Of a stretch of 64,000 nt of DNA, positions 52,776-64,000 are shown in pieces. The translations under genes were made by a program, and so were the position numbers. Source of the DNA: Octopus sinensis (lineage: Eukaryota); the NCBI RefSeq assembly GCF_006345805.1, contig NC_042999.1, forward strand, positions 108,686,001 through 108,750,000. The letters are read 5' to 3'. The first letter of the stretch is position 1. Each line of letters opens with the position of its first letter. The notes under the pieces were generated by a model that saw only the letters and a list, made by a program, of their open reading frames with translations, did no database searches and was not told the DNA's origin.

Positions 52776-53214
52776 TGTTGATCTGGCCATGGCTCTGCAG
52801 TCATGATAAACATAAATTAATCGTTAACCCCGATGTATCTTACAGCATATGAGTACCCCTAATATGAAACTATGGCTCTGTAAATCTGATGGGTGTCTCT
52901 TTCATTCTCAGTTCCATGTTTTGATTGTCTTGTGCATTTAGGTCATAAATGAATCATTAACTACTAGTGCTTGTCTTAATTGTTTCACAACCCACCACCC
53001 CAGAAATGGATTTGATTTCGTGTTATCGACATCTTATCAACTCATATCCATCTAAATATTTATTTACACTATAAAAATAAAGCTGTATGCTCCAATTCCA
53101 GGAATAGAAAAACTGTTCTGGCCCCTTCAAACACTACTTTATGCTCTCATCTCCAACATTTCTACTGTAAGATGTTTAATGAATTGCAATTAACTATATA
53201 TACAAATAATGCAC

Positions 53215-53495
53215 TATCCAAATGTGGCCGATGCCAGCCCCACCTTGACTGGCTCCTGTGCCGGTGGCACATAAAAAGCACCATCCGATCATGGTCGATG
53301 GCAGCTCCCTCTGGCCCCTGTACCGGTGGCACGTAAAAAGCACCCACTACACTCTCCGAGTGGTTGGCATTAAGAAGGGCATTCAGCTGTAGAAACACTG
53401 CCAGATCAGACTGGAGCCTGGTGCAGACTCCTGGCTTCAAACTGTCAACTCATGCCAGCATGCAAAGCAGATGTTAAACAATGATGATTATGATG
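53215..53495 (+). mobile_element. Family D retroelement 3' end with internal duplication
   Basis: GC-rich; ccggtggcac(a/g)taaaaagcacc occurs twice; gtggttggcattaagaagggcatt; tail gttaaacaatgatgat. Confidence 0.78.
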
Positions 53496-53630
53496 AATGC
53501 AAATAATCATTTATACAAGTAATGCAATTTTATATTCTCAATATCCAATGTTCTACCATTGTTTCTATAAGCTGTCCTCATCTTTCATTCCTTTCCATAA
53601 TAAGAATTTTTTGCATGTCTTTAAATGAAA

Positions 53631-53633
<3 letters not shown>

Positions 53634-53663
<30 letters not shown>

Positions 53664-53872
53664 CCTTTCTACTAGAGGCACAAATCCTCAAATTTGTGTG
53701 GAGGTGACTAGTCGATTACATAAACCCCAGTCTTTCAATATATTTAATTTATCAAACCCAAAAGGATGAAAGGCAAAGTCGACCTCAGCAGAATTTGAAC
53801 TCAGAACGTAGTGATGGGTGAAATACCGCTAAGCATTTTGCTCAGCATGCTAATGATTCTGCCAGCTTGCTG
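53634..53872 (-). mobile_element. Family B SINE embedded in an (AAT)n tract
   Basis: aaaggatgaaaggcaaagtcgacctcagcagaatttgaactcagaacgta; (AAT)n on both flanks. Confidence 0.85.
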
Positions 53873-54254
53873 CAATAATAATAATAACAATAATAATTTG
53901 CCTTGGTATAAAAGATAGGCTACAGGAAATGTTCCACTCAATACCACAGATTTGCTTGTCAGTTGTTTGACCATAACCAGTTGAGCCTGTCCCTTAGTGG
54001 CTGACGATATGTGCATCTCTGATCATGAGCAGAAGTAGTGGGGGAGCATCATAGCCATGTGTTGAGAGGAATTCTTTGGAGTTTGGATAATTCACCTCTG
54101 GAAACATGGATGTTTCATCCAACATCCTTATGGTTGTGATGCATGTGCCCAGTGTACCCTTATCAGACAAGTAGTCATGATGGGTATACTGGGCTTTGTA
54201 TATTTTACCACAGTGTCACTTTGATGACATGTGCTACTCTAACAATGGTCCTTT

Positions 54255-54548
54255 ATACAAATAGGCAAGAGGCCTGAAATTTTAGGTGGGGGCTCATTCT
54301 TATTTTATCAACCCCAAAAGAATGAAAGGCAGAGTAGACCTCGGTGGCATTTGAACTCAAAAAGTAAAGCTGGATGAAATGCTGTTCGGCATTTTGCCTG
54401 GTGTGTCATGTTGTGTCACACTGTGTCATGCTTAATCTCCCTGAAAACTACATGGAGTGCTCAGCCACTTGCACGTTAATTTCACAAGCAGGCTGTTCCA
54501 TTGATTGGATTAACTGGAACCTACATCATCATAACTGGCAGAGTGCCA
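54255..54548. mobile_element. Family B SINE fragment (minus, 54255-54400) joined to a family C 3' body (plus, 54405-54548)
   Basis: The first part matches the 27027 copy; the second matches 16065-16220 (ttgtgtcacactgtgtcatgct...cacttgcacgttaatttcac...gctgttcc). Confidence 0.7.
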
Positions 54549-57500
54549 CACATCTTTTATTATTCCTAGAAAGAAGAGTTTCACTCCTGCTTCACATATA
54601 TAGTCCATTGTCATGGATTCTCTTTTAATTAAATGTGCTATTTGCCTTGGAGTAGATATTGTGTGAAGGATCCATGTGGTGGATCCCTTGGAGATAGCAG
54701 CCAACTCTCACTCAAATCACACCCTACTGCTTTAAAAAAAGTAAAAGATGTACTAGATAATGGGATCTGGAAGAATCCTTGATTGAGAAAAAGATGGGAT
54801 GCTCATGGCTTGGATGTCTGAAACTAAATAACAACAGTAAATTTCCAGTCCCATCACTGATCATGCCTCTCTCATGCATTCCTCAACCCTTTTGATCAAA
54901 GTCTTCTGCCCCAAGCATGATAATGGCAAATATACTGTCCACTCTAAATTAGGTTGACATTCAATTTTGAATTGATTTAGATTTAGTTTTGTCTTCACTC
55001 TTGGATATGCTTATCATCTGAGAACTTCCTCAGACAAAGAGTTTCCAAAGTTGAACTCTTTGTTTTGATTCTGTATTTGTGAGGGGAAACAATTAATTAC
55101 ATATTTCATATTTATTACCCCTTATCCTGTTATTTATTTAGTTATTTTTCAACAAATATTAGCATGCACCATTTTTTTTTTAAATGTTACTTGTATTTGT
55201 TGCATTTGGAGTGTTATCTTTGAATATTAAAACCCAACACATCACTATCATCACAAGACTGACTTCTAGGTATGAAGAGATGTTCTTTTCAAATTAATTT
55301 TTTTTGTAGCATTTTATAAAGAAATCAATAAAAATATTGGAATCGATTTTTCAGATTGATCTGTTTTTATTTGAACTGAGATTACAACCAGTTTTTTTTT
55401 TCTTTAAGTGTCATATTTTATATAATTCCAACTAATAGGATAATATTAACCCTTGTCTTTTTCTGCAATTCAAGAAATACACATTACATAAAATATTAAA
55501 AATGAAATTCTTTCAGCTAAGAATTTCATTTCTTTTCTGTTTGATGTTATTTAATGAAAACAAGGAAAATATTTCTAACTCAACAATTTCCATTTTGTCT
55601 ACTCGTTTCTATTTCATAAAACAGAATTCTAGGAGACTGAAGGACTCTGTCCAAAATGTTGGTTATTCCATTCCTCAAAGCTGTTTCACAGTACTTTTTC
55701 TGTCACCTCTTTTTTTTTTTCCATAAAAAAATGTCTGCTGTAATCCTATGTATGTATTCTTCCTATATCATCTATATTCTTTGATATACCTATCTTGGGC
55801 ATATGCTTTTTGATGATTTGTAATCCCCTGGCATGTTCTTACAATTTTGCATCTAATTCTCATTTCATTTTAACTATTATTTTGTGTCGATGACCATTTT
55901 TCATTATTAACATACATCAAATAAATTTGAAATTCCCTTCTTCGTAATATACATATTTACTTTTCCATGCAGAATGTTTCTTGGAATGTAACTGACCAAA
56001 TTTGTTGCTTATTACTCTTTTAGCTGACTCTACATATAGTAATTAGAGGGTTAATTGTCTTGGTTTGCCTTTTAGCATACCACTGTCTTGTTGAATTCAC
56101 TAGTTAATTGGAATATATTTTAAAGTGAAATAACACAATTGTAGCCTAGACATTCTACTTCAGAATATTATCTATCTATTTAGGTTATTTGATCATTAAC
56201 TTATTTCTGGTAATAAAGATGTCAGTACTTTTGCTGATATTTTGCTGTCAAAGAAAGATATTTACTTTCAAAAATGAACCCTTGTTGTTTGTAGGCTAGA
56301 GTTTTCACCTGATATAAAATTGTTTCTTTAGACAAATCGTATTATTTCCTTTAGCTGGGCAAGATAAATATATGAAGGGAACACTCTAGAATCAATTGAA
56401 ACTAGTGATAGTTTGCATCAGCCGGATACCATTCAATAAAATCCACAAAACGATATAGGTTTTGAAATACTGTAAATCTCTTCTTATTATGGTTCTCAAA
56501 ACTTTTTCCATTTTGTGAACTATAAAGCTAAAGTGAGCTCTTTTATCTTCTGCTATCTTTTTTTTTTTCACACATTTTTCTTTTTATGTTTTTTTGGGGG
56601 TTTTTTTTGTTGAGAAGTTGGAACTAATGTTTGGTGAGTTGGCACTAAATTATTGCTGTTAATTCACAGTCTAAAGAATTTGAAGTTAGAGTTTTATAGA
56701 AATATATGGTGGAAGCAAAAGGTATTCTACACTGGTAGTGTTCAGAATAAATGATTGAATGCAATGTTTTGTACAAAGTCACATGAGGGACTACTCGACC
56801 TTAACATTTTCAATGAAGCCTACTCTAAAGTACTGCAATGCAGAACCAACAAATTAGTTTCTTTTCACTGTACCAAAACACAAATGCTACACACATGAAA
56901 TAGCAAACCATAATACTAAATTTCACTTCTTCATGAATGATATTGAAGCTGTCATTTTTAAACATGCTACACTAACAATTGCAGATAACCTGTATGCCCT
57001 TGTGTAATTCAAATTTCTGAAACTGCATTGCAAAGGCTGCCTTTTTTCTTAAAGACTGTAATTTACTTTGGCACTTCTTAACCCTAAACTGAAAACTAAG
57101 CCTTCTTAAATCCATTTTGAGAATGCTAAAAATATAGTTCTTCCAGAAAAGATTGCTGGAGACGGTAAATCCTTGCAAGTGCAGTTAGCAAGCTGGGAGC
57201 TGTTCATAAGGAGGAGGAGGATCTGGATATAACTGGTTATGTATCTCTACTGTTAAATGGGAAGAGTATGGGGAAGGACCTCATTAATGGAAGATATGGA
57301 TGTCAGTTGGGAATTGTTAATGTTGGCAGTGAACTGAACATAAAATTGGAATAACATGGAGGAGTAAGGGTTGGGTATGTTACAGGTAGATGAGTATTAA
57401 CCATATGGCTGTTCATTTACTGCAATATTTTAACTATATTTTTGATGGACACTAGTGTGTTATATTTGTTTATTTTTTATGTTGCATTTTTAAACATTTT

Positions 57501-57647
57501 AATGCTAACACCAAGGGCTAATTGAGTAAATTTGGAAATTTTTGCTTCAATTATTTGAATAGATATTCTACTACTAGGTAGTCCCTATAATTCTAAACTC
57601 CTAGACTTAGAATGAAAATAATACCTATTTTCAGCAAAGTGTAACAG

Positions 57648-57834
57648 GAGGATAAATATGTTTAGACGGTACAATATACTATCACTGGAGAAAAGTGTTT
57701 AGACTGTACAGTGTTTTACCATGGGGGAAATGTGTTTAGACAGTTCAGTGTGCTACAATTGGAGAAATATGTTTAGGCAGTGCAGTGGTATATTCTTCAG
57801 GAAAAATGTGTTTAGCAAGTACACTGTGTTACTT
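57648..57834 (+). repeat. Diverged minisatellite, five units of about 37 bp
   Basis: Core tgtttag at 57659, 57696, 57733, 57770 and 57809 (spacing 37, 37, 37, 39); approximate consensus ggagaaatgtgtttagacagtacagtgtgctaccat. Confidence 0.88.
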
Positions 57835-57973
57835 ATCACAATTTGTAACCTTAGTTACCACATCTCCAAATGTTTGTTCTATCAAAGAAATTTAAATGTT
57901 AACACATTTCTGCAATTAATTATACTTCTTGGACTTTTATTACATGCATTACTTTTAATCAGATTTACAAAAT

Positions 57974-57998
57974 TGTGTGTGTGTGTATCCATCCATCC

Positions 57999-58060
<62 letters not shown>

Positions 58061-58245
58061 CCCTATCCATCCATCTCTCTCTATATATGTGTGTGTGTGT
58101 GTGTGTCTATTTATTTATATATATATATATATATATAGTGTGTGTGTATCTATCTATATGTGTGTGTGTGTGTATATCAATCTATGTGTGTGTGTATATC
58201 AATCTATGTGTGTGTGTGTATGTATCTATATGTGGGTGTGCAAGT
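57974..58245. repeat. Complex (GT)/(CT)/(AT)/(ATCC) microsatellite with higher-order repetition
   Basis: Visible directly; source of the 176-aa and 101-aa low-complexity ORFs. Confidence 0.95.
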
Positions 58246-59019
58246 ATATGAACTTTGATTATCATTTTGAGGTCTATTAAATATATTTTTACTTATTGAA
58301 ACAACAATTATACTACAACAACAACAGTAGTAGCAAAACTAGTGAGATTAGTTTAAACATGATGAGACCTAAAACTATCCTTCTTTCACTTAACAGAAAA
58401 AATTAAATGCAAGTTGAATTTTATATCAAAAGGGATATATGACACGAGAGAAATTTGCTATATCATAACATTTATATTATTGATATAATGTTAAAAGAAT
58501 ATTTATTTATAATCCCTTATAATAAAGATTATAATGGATGCTTGCATTTTCATGCATAGACTCTACTAATTATGTTCAAGTGAAAGTATGAGTACACACA
58601 CATTTGTGTATATAAATGTGAGTGGATGTATGCATTTACATAGATACACATATGCTCATATTAAACAATTATTTCTATGGAAATTTATTTTCACCCCCAT
58701 CCGTATTTGATAAGTCTTCAATATTTCCTCCACTTTATTTTGTCAAAACTTATGAATAGACTTGACCAGCTTATTGTTGTAGAGGTAATAACAAGAGTAA
58801 CAACAGCAACACTGGCATTAGCTGTAGTAGTAGAAGTGATAACATTCATAACAAGGAATGGACTGCTTTGAAACGTAGTGTCTCCACTAAGCATTTTAAT
58901 ATCTGCTGGCCTTGTTTTTCTCCTCTATTCTGATTTTTTCCTTCTCTCTATAGTTTATCACCTAACTTTACAATTTTACATTCTTTTATTTCTCTTCTCT
59001 TATATTTGAAAGAGGTGAC

Positions 59020-59462
59020 ATCATTTGGCTGATATTAGTATTATGCCATGTTCCTCTGCATGTGTTAAGTCCCTCCGTATTACCACTGACTAGCAATAAC
59101 AGATAGCAGTAACAACAACACCAGCAGCAACAGCAGCAGCAGCAGCAGAGGAAGATAAAGAAGAAGCAGCTGTAGCAATTTATTTCTTCTCTCTGATGCT
59201 GTATGTCTCAGTGTCTCCTATTATCAAGATCTGCAGCATTGTTGCTCAATACCATTCATCCACGCAAACACTAATCCTGCTAGTTATGGACTCATAAACT
59301 GATCATTTGACTGATTACATGGCGAAAAAAGATACAGCTACCTCTGTCATTAGAAGTTTGCACGATTCCTAGTTATTCAGCTTCAACAAACCAGCTCAAC
59401 AGCTGAAGAGATTTTTTTTTTCAAAATAGTTTTTACCCTTAGGGGATAGGCAACCATGAGAG
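59020..59462 (+). other. Candidate alternative first exon (5' UTR plus Met-Arg) of the TANC-like gene
   Basis: Kozak-like GCAACCATG at 59456, then AGA G and a strong donor AG|gtaaga (phase 1, matching the donor at 35164). Preceded by non-TE, CAG/AAC-rich, less AT-rich sequence with short uORFs. 5' boundary is a guess. Confidence 0.4.
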
Positions 59463-59598
59463 GTAAGAATACTATACTTTTTAGCATCCTCTAATATTTT
59501 CTTTCATTAACTTTGAATTATTACATTACAATATATTTATATTATATATATCTAAAACATCTTTACTTAGATATTAATTTTCTTTTCCCATACATACA

Positions 59599-59599
<1 letters not shown>

Positions 59600-59650
<51 letters not shown>
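59600..59650. repeat. (ATT)n microsatellite
   Basis: About 17 units; similar tract at 9950-10040. Confidence 0.95.
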
Positions 59651-59652
<2 letters not shown>

Positions 59653-61100
59653 ATATATATATTTATTTATTTATTCCTTTTTCTAAAATGTTAGGAATTA
59701 TTTTCTTTTCAAATCATATACCTGTCTCATCTTATAATATTAATAAATGTTCACTAGTGAAGCAGTGTTGTTCTCATTGTTAGAATAAAGTTAGAAAGGC
59801 TGCATCTCAAAGCTGTATATATCCATAGAACTAGCAGTAAAAACAAATCCGTTTTGTTATTCTTATTTTAAACTTATATAAACATTTTATATTTTAGCAT
59901 TATTATTGGATATTGAACGATTATCACCCATTCTTTCTTTCATTCCATGTTATAAACATTTTCTTCCCTTCTCTCTTTCTTTCTCTCTCTCTCTCTCTCT
60001 GCATATTATGTCATAACTGATCATTGACTTTTAAAGGCTCTTCAGTTGTCTATTATTCATTGTTAAATATTCCTGTAGCCTTACTCTTCAAACTAGCCTT
60101 ACTCTCCAAACTGCATAATATAATTTAATATCCTGTTTGAGAATTATTATGTAATGCTTTAATTTAGAGACATAACTTTTTAAAAAGAATGCATCTGAGA
60201 GAATAGAATACACAACATAACAAACAATGTTTTTATAAAAGGTGAAATTAAGTATAAACATCCATAATACTATTTACCGAAAACCTGTAAATATCACATA
60301 AATATATCTATTTTGTGGAAAGCTAACATTTTAACACATTTATTTCTTCTTGTAAATTGTATCAGTTGATTTATTTGATTAGTTTTATTTAGTATTTTGT
60401 TATTGTTTTGTTTTTGTTTTCAAGAAAGAAAAAAAAAATGGCCTTTCATAAACACCTTTGATTAATGCTAAAGAAAACAAATAAATTGCATATATAGCCT
60501 AGAATGGATTAGAGAAATATTTTGTAGGGTTAGAAATATATTTATTTATGGAAGCAATATCTCCATAACTGGTTATAATCATGAAGTTTCTGTGTAATAT
60601 TGAGTGTATGCATGTGTGAAAGAGAGTGAGTGAATGTGTGTGAAGGCGAGAGAGAGAGCAGAAAAGTGTGTAGGTGTGTGAGGGTGTGTGTGTATATATA
60701 TATATATGCCTTTTGTATTGCTTTCCGGCCTTTGGGTATGGCCATACTAGAGCATTGAATGTGTATGTGTAAATACAAATGAAAGAAAGAAGGGTAGGAG
60801 AGAAAGAACATTAAAGAAACTGTATTTTGTAAATTTTCAGAAATTCAAGTATCTTGTCACTTAAAAATATTTGCCTATAAACAATCTACACTTTGTTTTT
60901 TTTTTGTATTAAAGAAGTGAGAATTCTTTAATCACTTACGACACATGTAAGTTGCATTGAATATTATCTTCTTCAATTTGACTTTATTCAACTTTACTAA
61001 AACATTTTGCCTGGTTTTTAAAAAGCCTTAACCATATTAGCTATAAACACACACTCACACGCTCTCTATATATGTGTGCGTATGCATGTGTGTATATGTA

Positions 61101-61148
<48 letters not shown>

Positions 61149-61937
61149 TATATATATATATACACACACCTGACATTGCTACTTCAGTTCTGTGTTGTTA
61201 TTATTCCATGCAGCATTATTAAAGCATTAATTTTGGTGCATAGTGTCCATCTTCTCAAGTTTATGAAAGGATTTGGGTCCTGCACTTTATGCTAAATACC
61301 TATTAATCAAACAATTCCTTTGCTGTTTGGCTCCTTACATCAGTAACTATGGGCTAAATACAACACTTAATTATAACCAGGTGAAGTGTGCTATTGACCA
61401 TTTAGTTACAATGTTTTCCTTTTTGTCATGGAGGGTCTAGTTTCAATTCTACTGTGGAACACCTTCTACATCTCCTACCATGTCCATAGGTCAATCCATC
61501 TCTTAAAAGTGATGTTGATATTAAGTTGACAAAAACTACTCAGAAAATCATCTGACAGAATATTTCTATTCTTTAGTGGTAGGGTTAATAATCTGTTGCC
61601 CAATCTAATATCGTGAACTAGTCCTTGGGTGCCTTAGCTGAAGCCAAGTCCATTGTTCTGCAATCCTCAGACCAAGTTTCTAAGTCTGAAGATAATTTTA
61701 TATATGGATACACTGCTTTCTGCTGTAATAACCCATGAGTTTTGCCTGGGAAGCCCTGCAGAATGGTCGCAAGTGCTACCGGGCCCCTTCTGATGAAGCA
61801 AAAAAAATAAATAAATAATGTTATTCATAATGTGCTTTCACTAAGGATACAGTTGCTGTATTACCAGTTCAGTACTGCATCCCTAATGATCACCAACAGA
61901 CAGCCCCTTTCATTCTCTAAATGGAACTCCATTGAAA

Positions 61938-61980
<43 letters not shown>

Positions 61981-63526
61981 CACTTCATCGGTGAACTCCT
62001 TTATTAAATAGTCTCAAATTCACCACAAATTTCTGCCTTTTATATTTGAGAAAAATGGAAAATGGATAAAAATGTTTCAGCCTTTACTACAGTGATATGT
62101 GTTATTACAAAGTAAAATTGTTCATAATTATTTTGCTAAAATTTCTTTCTTATCTAATCAATATTATTAACTTTATTGCTGTTGGCCTATGGGTAAAACA
62201 AGGGCAAAGTGATAAGTTGCTAAAGTATATTGAGCTTACTAACAATTATTGATTATTCTGAAGTTGTACAAATTGGCCCTCTAGCTTTTATAATGTTAAA
62301 AAATTTTAGCTGGAAATTTTTGTATAAATAACTTAATAAAAGGCTGTGCCTTACAAATAATGTTACTTTTTGGAAGGTGTTTTATATTCTTAATCATAAG
62401 TAGAACACTGAAAAAAATAGCTATTTTTCAGTCTCTTGAAAAAGCTTGGAAGGTAAACAAAAAAAATTTTGTACATCTTCCTTCTTTTTCACATTAAAAA
62501 ATGTGAAAACATTTTTTAATAAAAGATAAAAAAGGCAACTCTTGAATAAGAAATCCACAGAAGAATCCATGTGTTAAATCTTAAACAGGAATAATGTCTA
62601 TTGTTATATAATCAGTCCTAAAAAATAAAATAAACAAACACAGTAAAAGTAACCTAACATTTTTTCATTATTTTTAACTGTTTAATTTTGTACATGTCTG
62701 TTGTACAAAGGAAAGTTTTCTGCTATTGTTCTTTTAGCTTACTTAATTCAGCTTATTGTTTGAAGACTGTTTATTGACTTTTGATTCTTAGAGAAGGCAC
62801 AATAAGCTAAGTTTTTTTTCCCTTTCATTGTTGTTGTCTGTTGCTGTTCTTCATTTTTTTTTTATTGTTAATCTGGAAATTAGTGTTCAGGTGGAGAATA
62901 AACTTAAATTACCTTAAACCACTACTTTTTTATTGATAACAGTTTAACTTGCAACAAGTCAGACAGAGGAAAATTTCAAGCTAGCTAATATTGCGTAAGA
63001 CAATATACTGGAGTAGCAAGTCTTGTTTTATTACACCCCTAACCAGAATTCTAGCTATTATTGACAATCCTGCTGCTATAGACTAATTGCCTAAATGAGT
63101 TTAATTGTAAAACATTTTCACATAAAGTAACATTGTGAGTTTGATATGATTTTGTATTCTGTGATTTATGTATATTTAAATTGACACCTTGAAGGGGAAA
63201 ACAGTGTGGCTGAAGAAAATTTAGATAAATTACATTTTTATGATTCATAGTCTGGCTATGTATCATTTTGTGTCACAAACTTTTTAGAAATTATGTAAGA
63301 AATTCAATTGAGACATTATGAATTCATACATTACTTGTCTAATATTATATGACTAGTTAGTAAGCTATGCCTATGATGTATTTCTGTCAGTTTAGTCTAT
63401 GACAACCAAAGTAGGGTTCTAGAATGCAAAATCAGAGCTTCTTGAGAATTTAATTTGTTATACATATAAATTAATGACAGGACTCCTTCCTTGACAGCAA
63501 GTTTAATCAAATGGTTTAAAAAATGC

Positions 63527-63700
63527 ACGGACATGGCTGTGCGATCAAGAATTTCACTTCCCAACCAAATGATTTTAGGTTCAGTCCTGCTGCACTGCAC
63601 TGCACTTGAAGTAAGTATCTTCTGTAGGCTCAGGTTAACCAAAACCTTGTGAGTGGGTTTAGTCAAAACGAACTGAACAGAAATCATCATACATATATGT
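63527..63700 (+). mobile_element. CORE-type SINE (family A) 5' half, degenerate
   Basis: catggctgtgcgatcaagaa...ggttcagtcc...aaaaccttgtgagtggg...aactgaacagaa. Confidence 0.7.
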
Positions 63701-64000
63701 GTGTAGGTGAGTGTAGATGTATATATGTATGTCTGTGTGTATATATGTGTGAGTGTTCATGTATCTTTGTCTTGTCATTGTGTACTAGGTGTAAATAAGT
63801 GTCACTGTTATTATACATGTAGTGTCAATAGTTTGCAATCCTCTGAAAACTTGTCTGATCATTATGTAGTACATATTTTAAGAAAACATTACATTTCTTG
63901 GTAACTGGTAAAGCATCTGGTTTTAGAAAAATCTGCTTATATGAATTTTGTCTAACCCATGTGTGTGTATGTATTATATACTTATAAATAATTTGTAATT

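Noticed and set aside
23234-57178. Peptide similarity FKFRVKQTHSKYQSL (ORF 23234 +) vs FQFRVKKCQSKLQSL (ORF 56972 -)
   Set aside because: 10 of 15 identities, but the match does not extend convincingly, DNA similarity is weak, and a rough estimate suggests such a match can arise by chance among this many AT-biased ORFs.
57648-57834. CRISPR-like regularly spaced repeats
   Set aside because: The intervening parts are homologous to each other rather than unique spacers, there are no cas genes, and the context is a eukaryotic intron; it is a minisatellite.
57721-58280. Longest ORFs in the track (176 aa and 101 aa)
   Set aside because: They run through minisatellite and dinucleotide repeats (CVCV, YIYI) that lack stops by composition.
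59100-59297. Poly-Ala/acidic open frame (IAVTTTPAATAAAAAEEDKEE...) as a coding exon
   Set aside because: Bounded by stops, no good acceptor and no early ATG; better explained as CAG-repeat UTR-like sequence.

Overview
AT-rich eukaryotic genomic DNA with abundant microsatellites and tRNA-derived SINE families typical of octopus (Octopus sp.; inferred from repeat content, not checked against a database). The only convincing host coding sequence is two + strand exons, 34568-34741 and 34952-35164, of a TANC/rolling pebbles-family gene. The first encodes a C3HC4 RING finger; both are phase 1-1 with canonical splice sites. A candidate alternative first exon (ACCATGAGAG|gtaaga, 59456-59462) lies 24 kb downstream with a matching phase. 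The rest is intronic or intergenic sequence filled with SINEs, piggyBac- and mariner-type MITEs, a deleted Tc1/mariner element, LINE remnants (CR1/jockey-like, RTE-like, R4/Dong-like), a possible Gypsy remnant, foldback elements and a 37-bp minisatellite. Nearly all ORFs in the supplied track are spurious or TE-derived. I found no evidence of a wholly new biological system. The best leads are the RING-less isoform hypothesis and several intronic dsRNA-forming structures that could be ADAR substrates. All alignments were done by eye and repeat boundaries are approximate.
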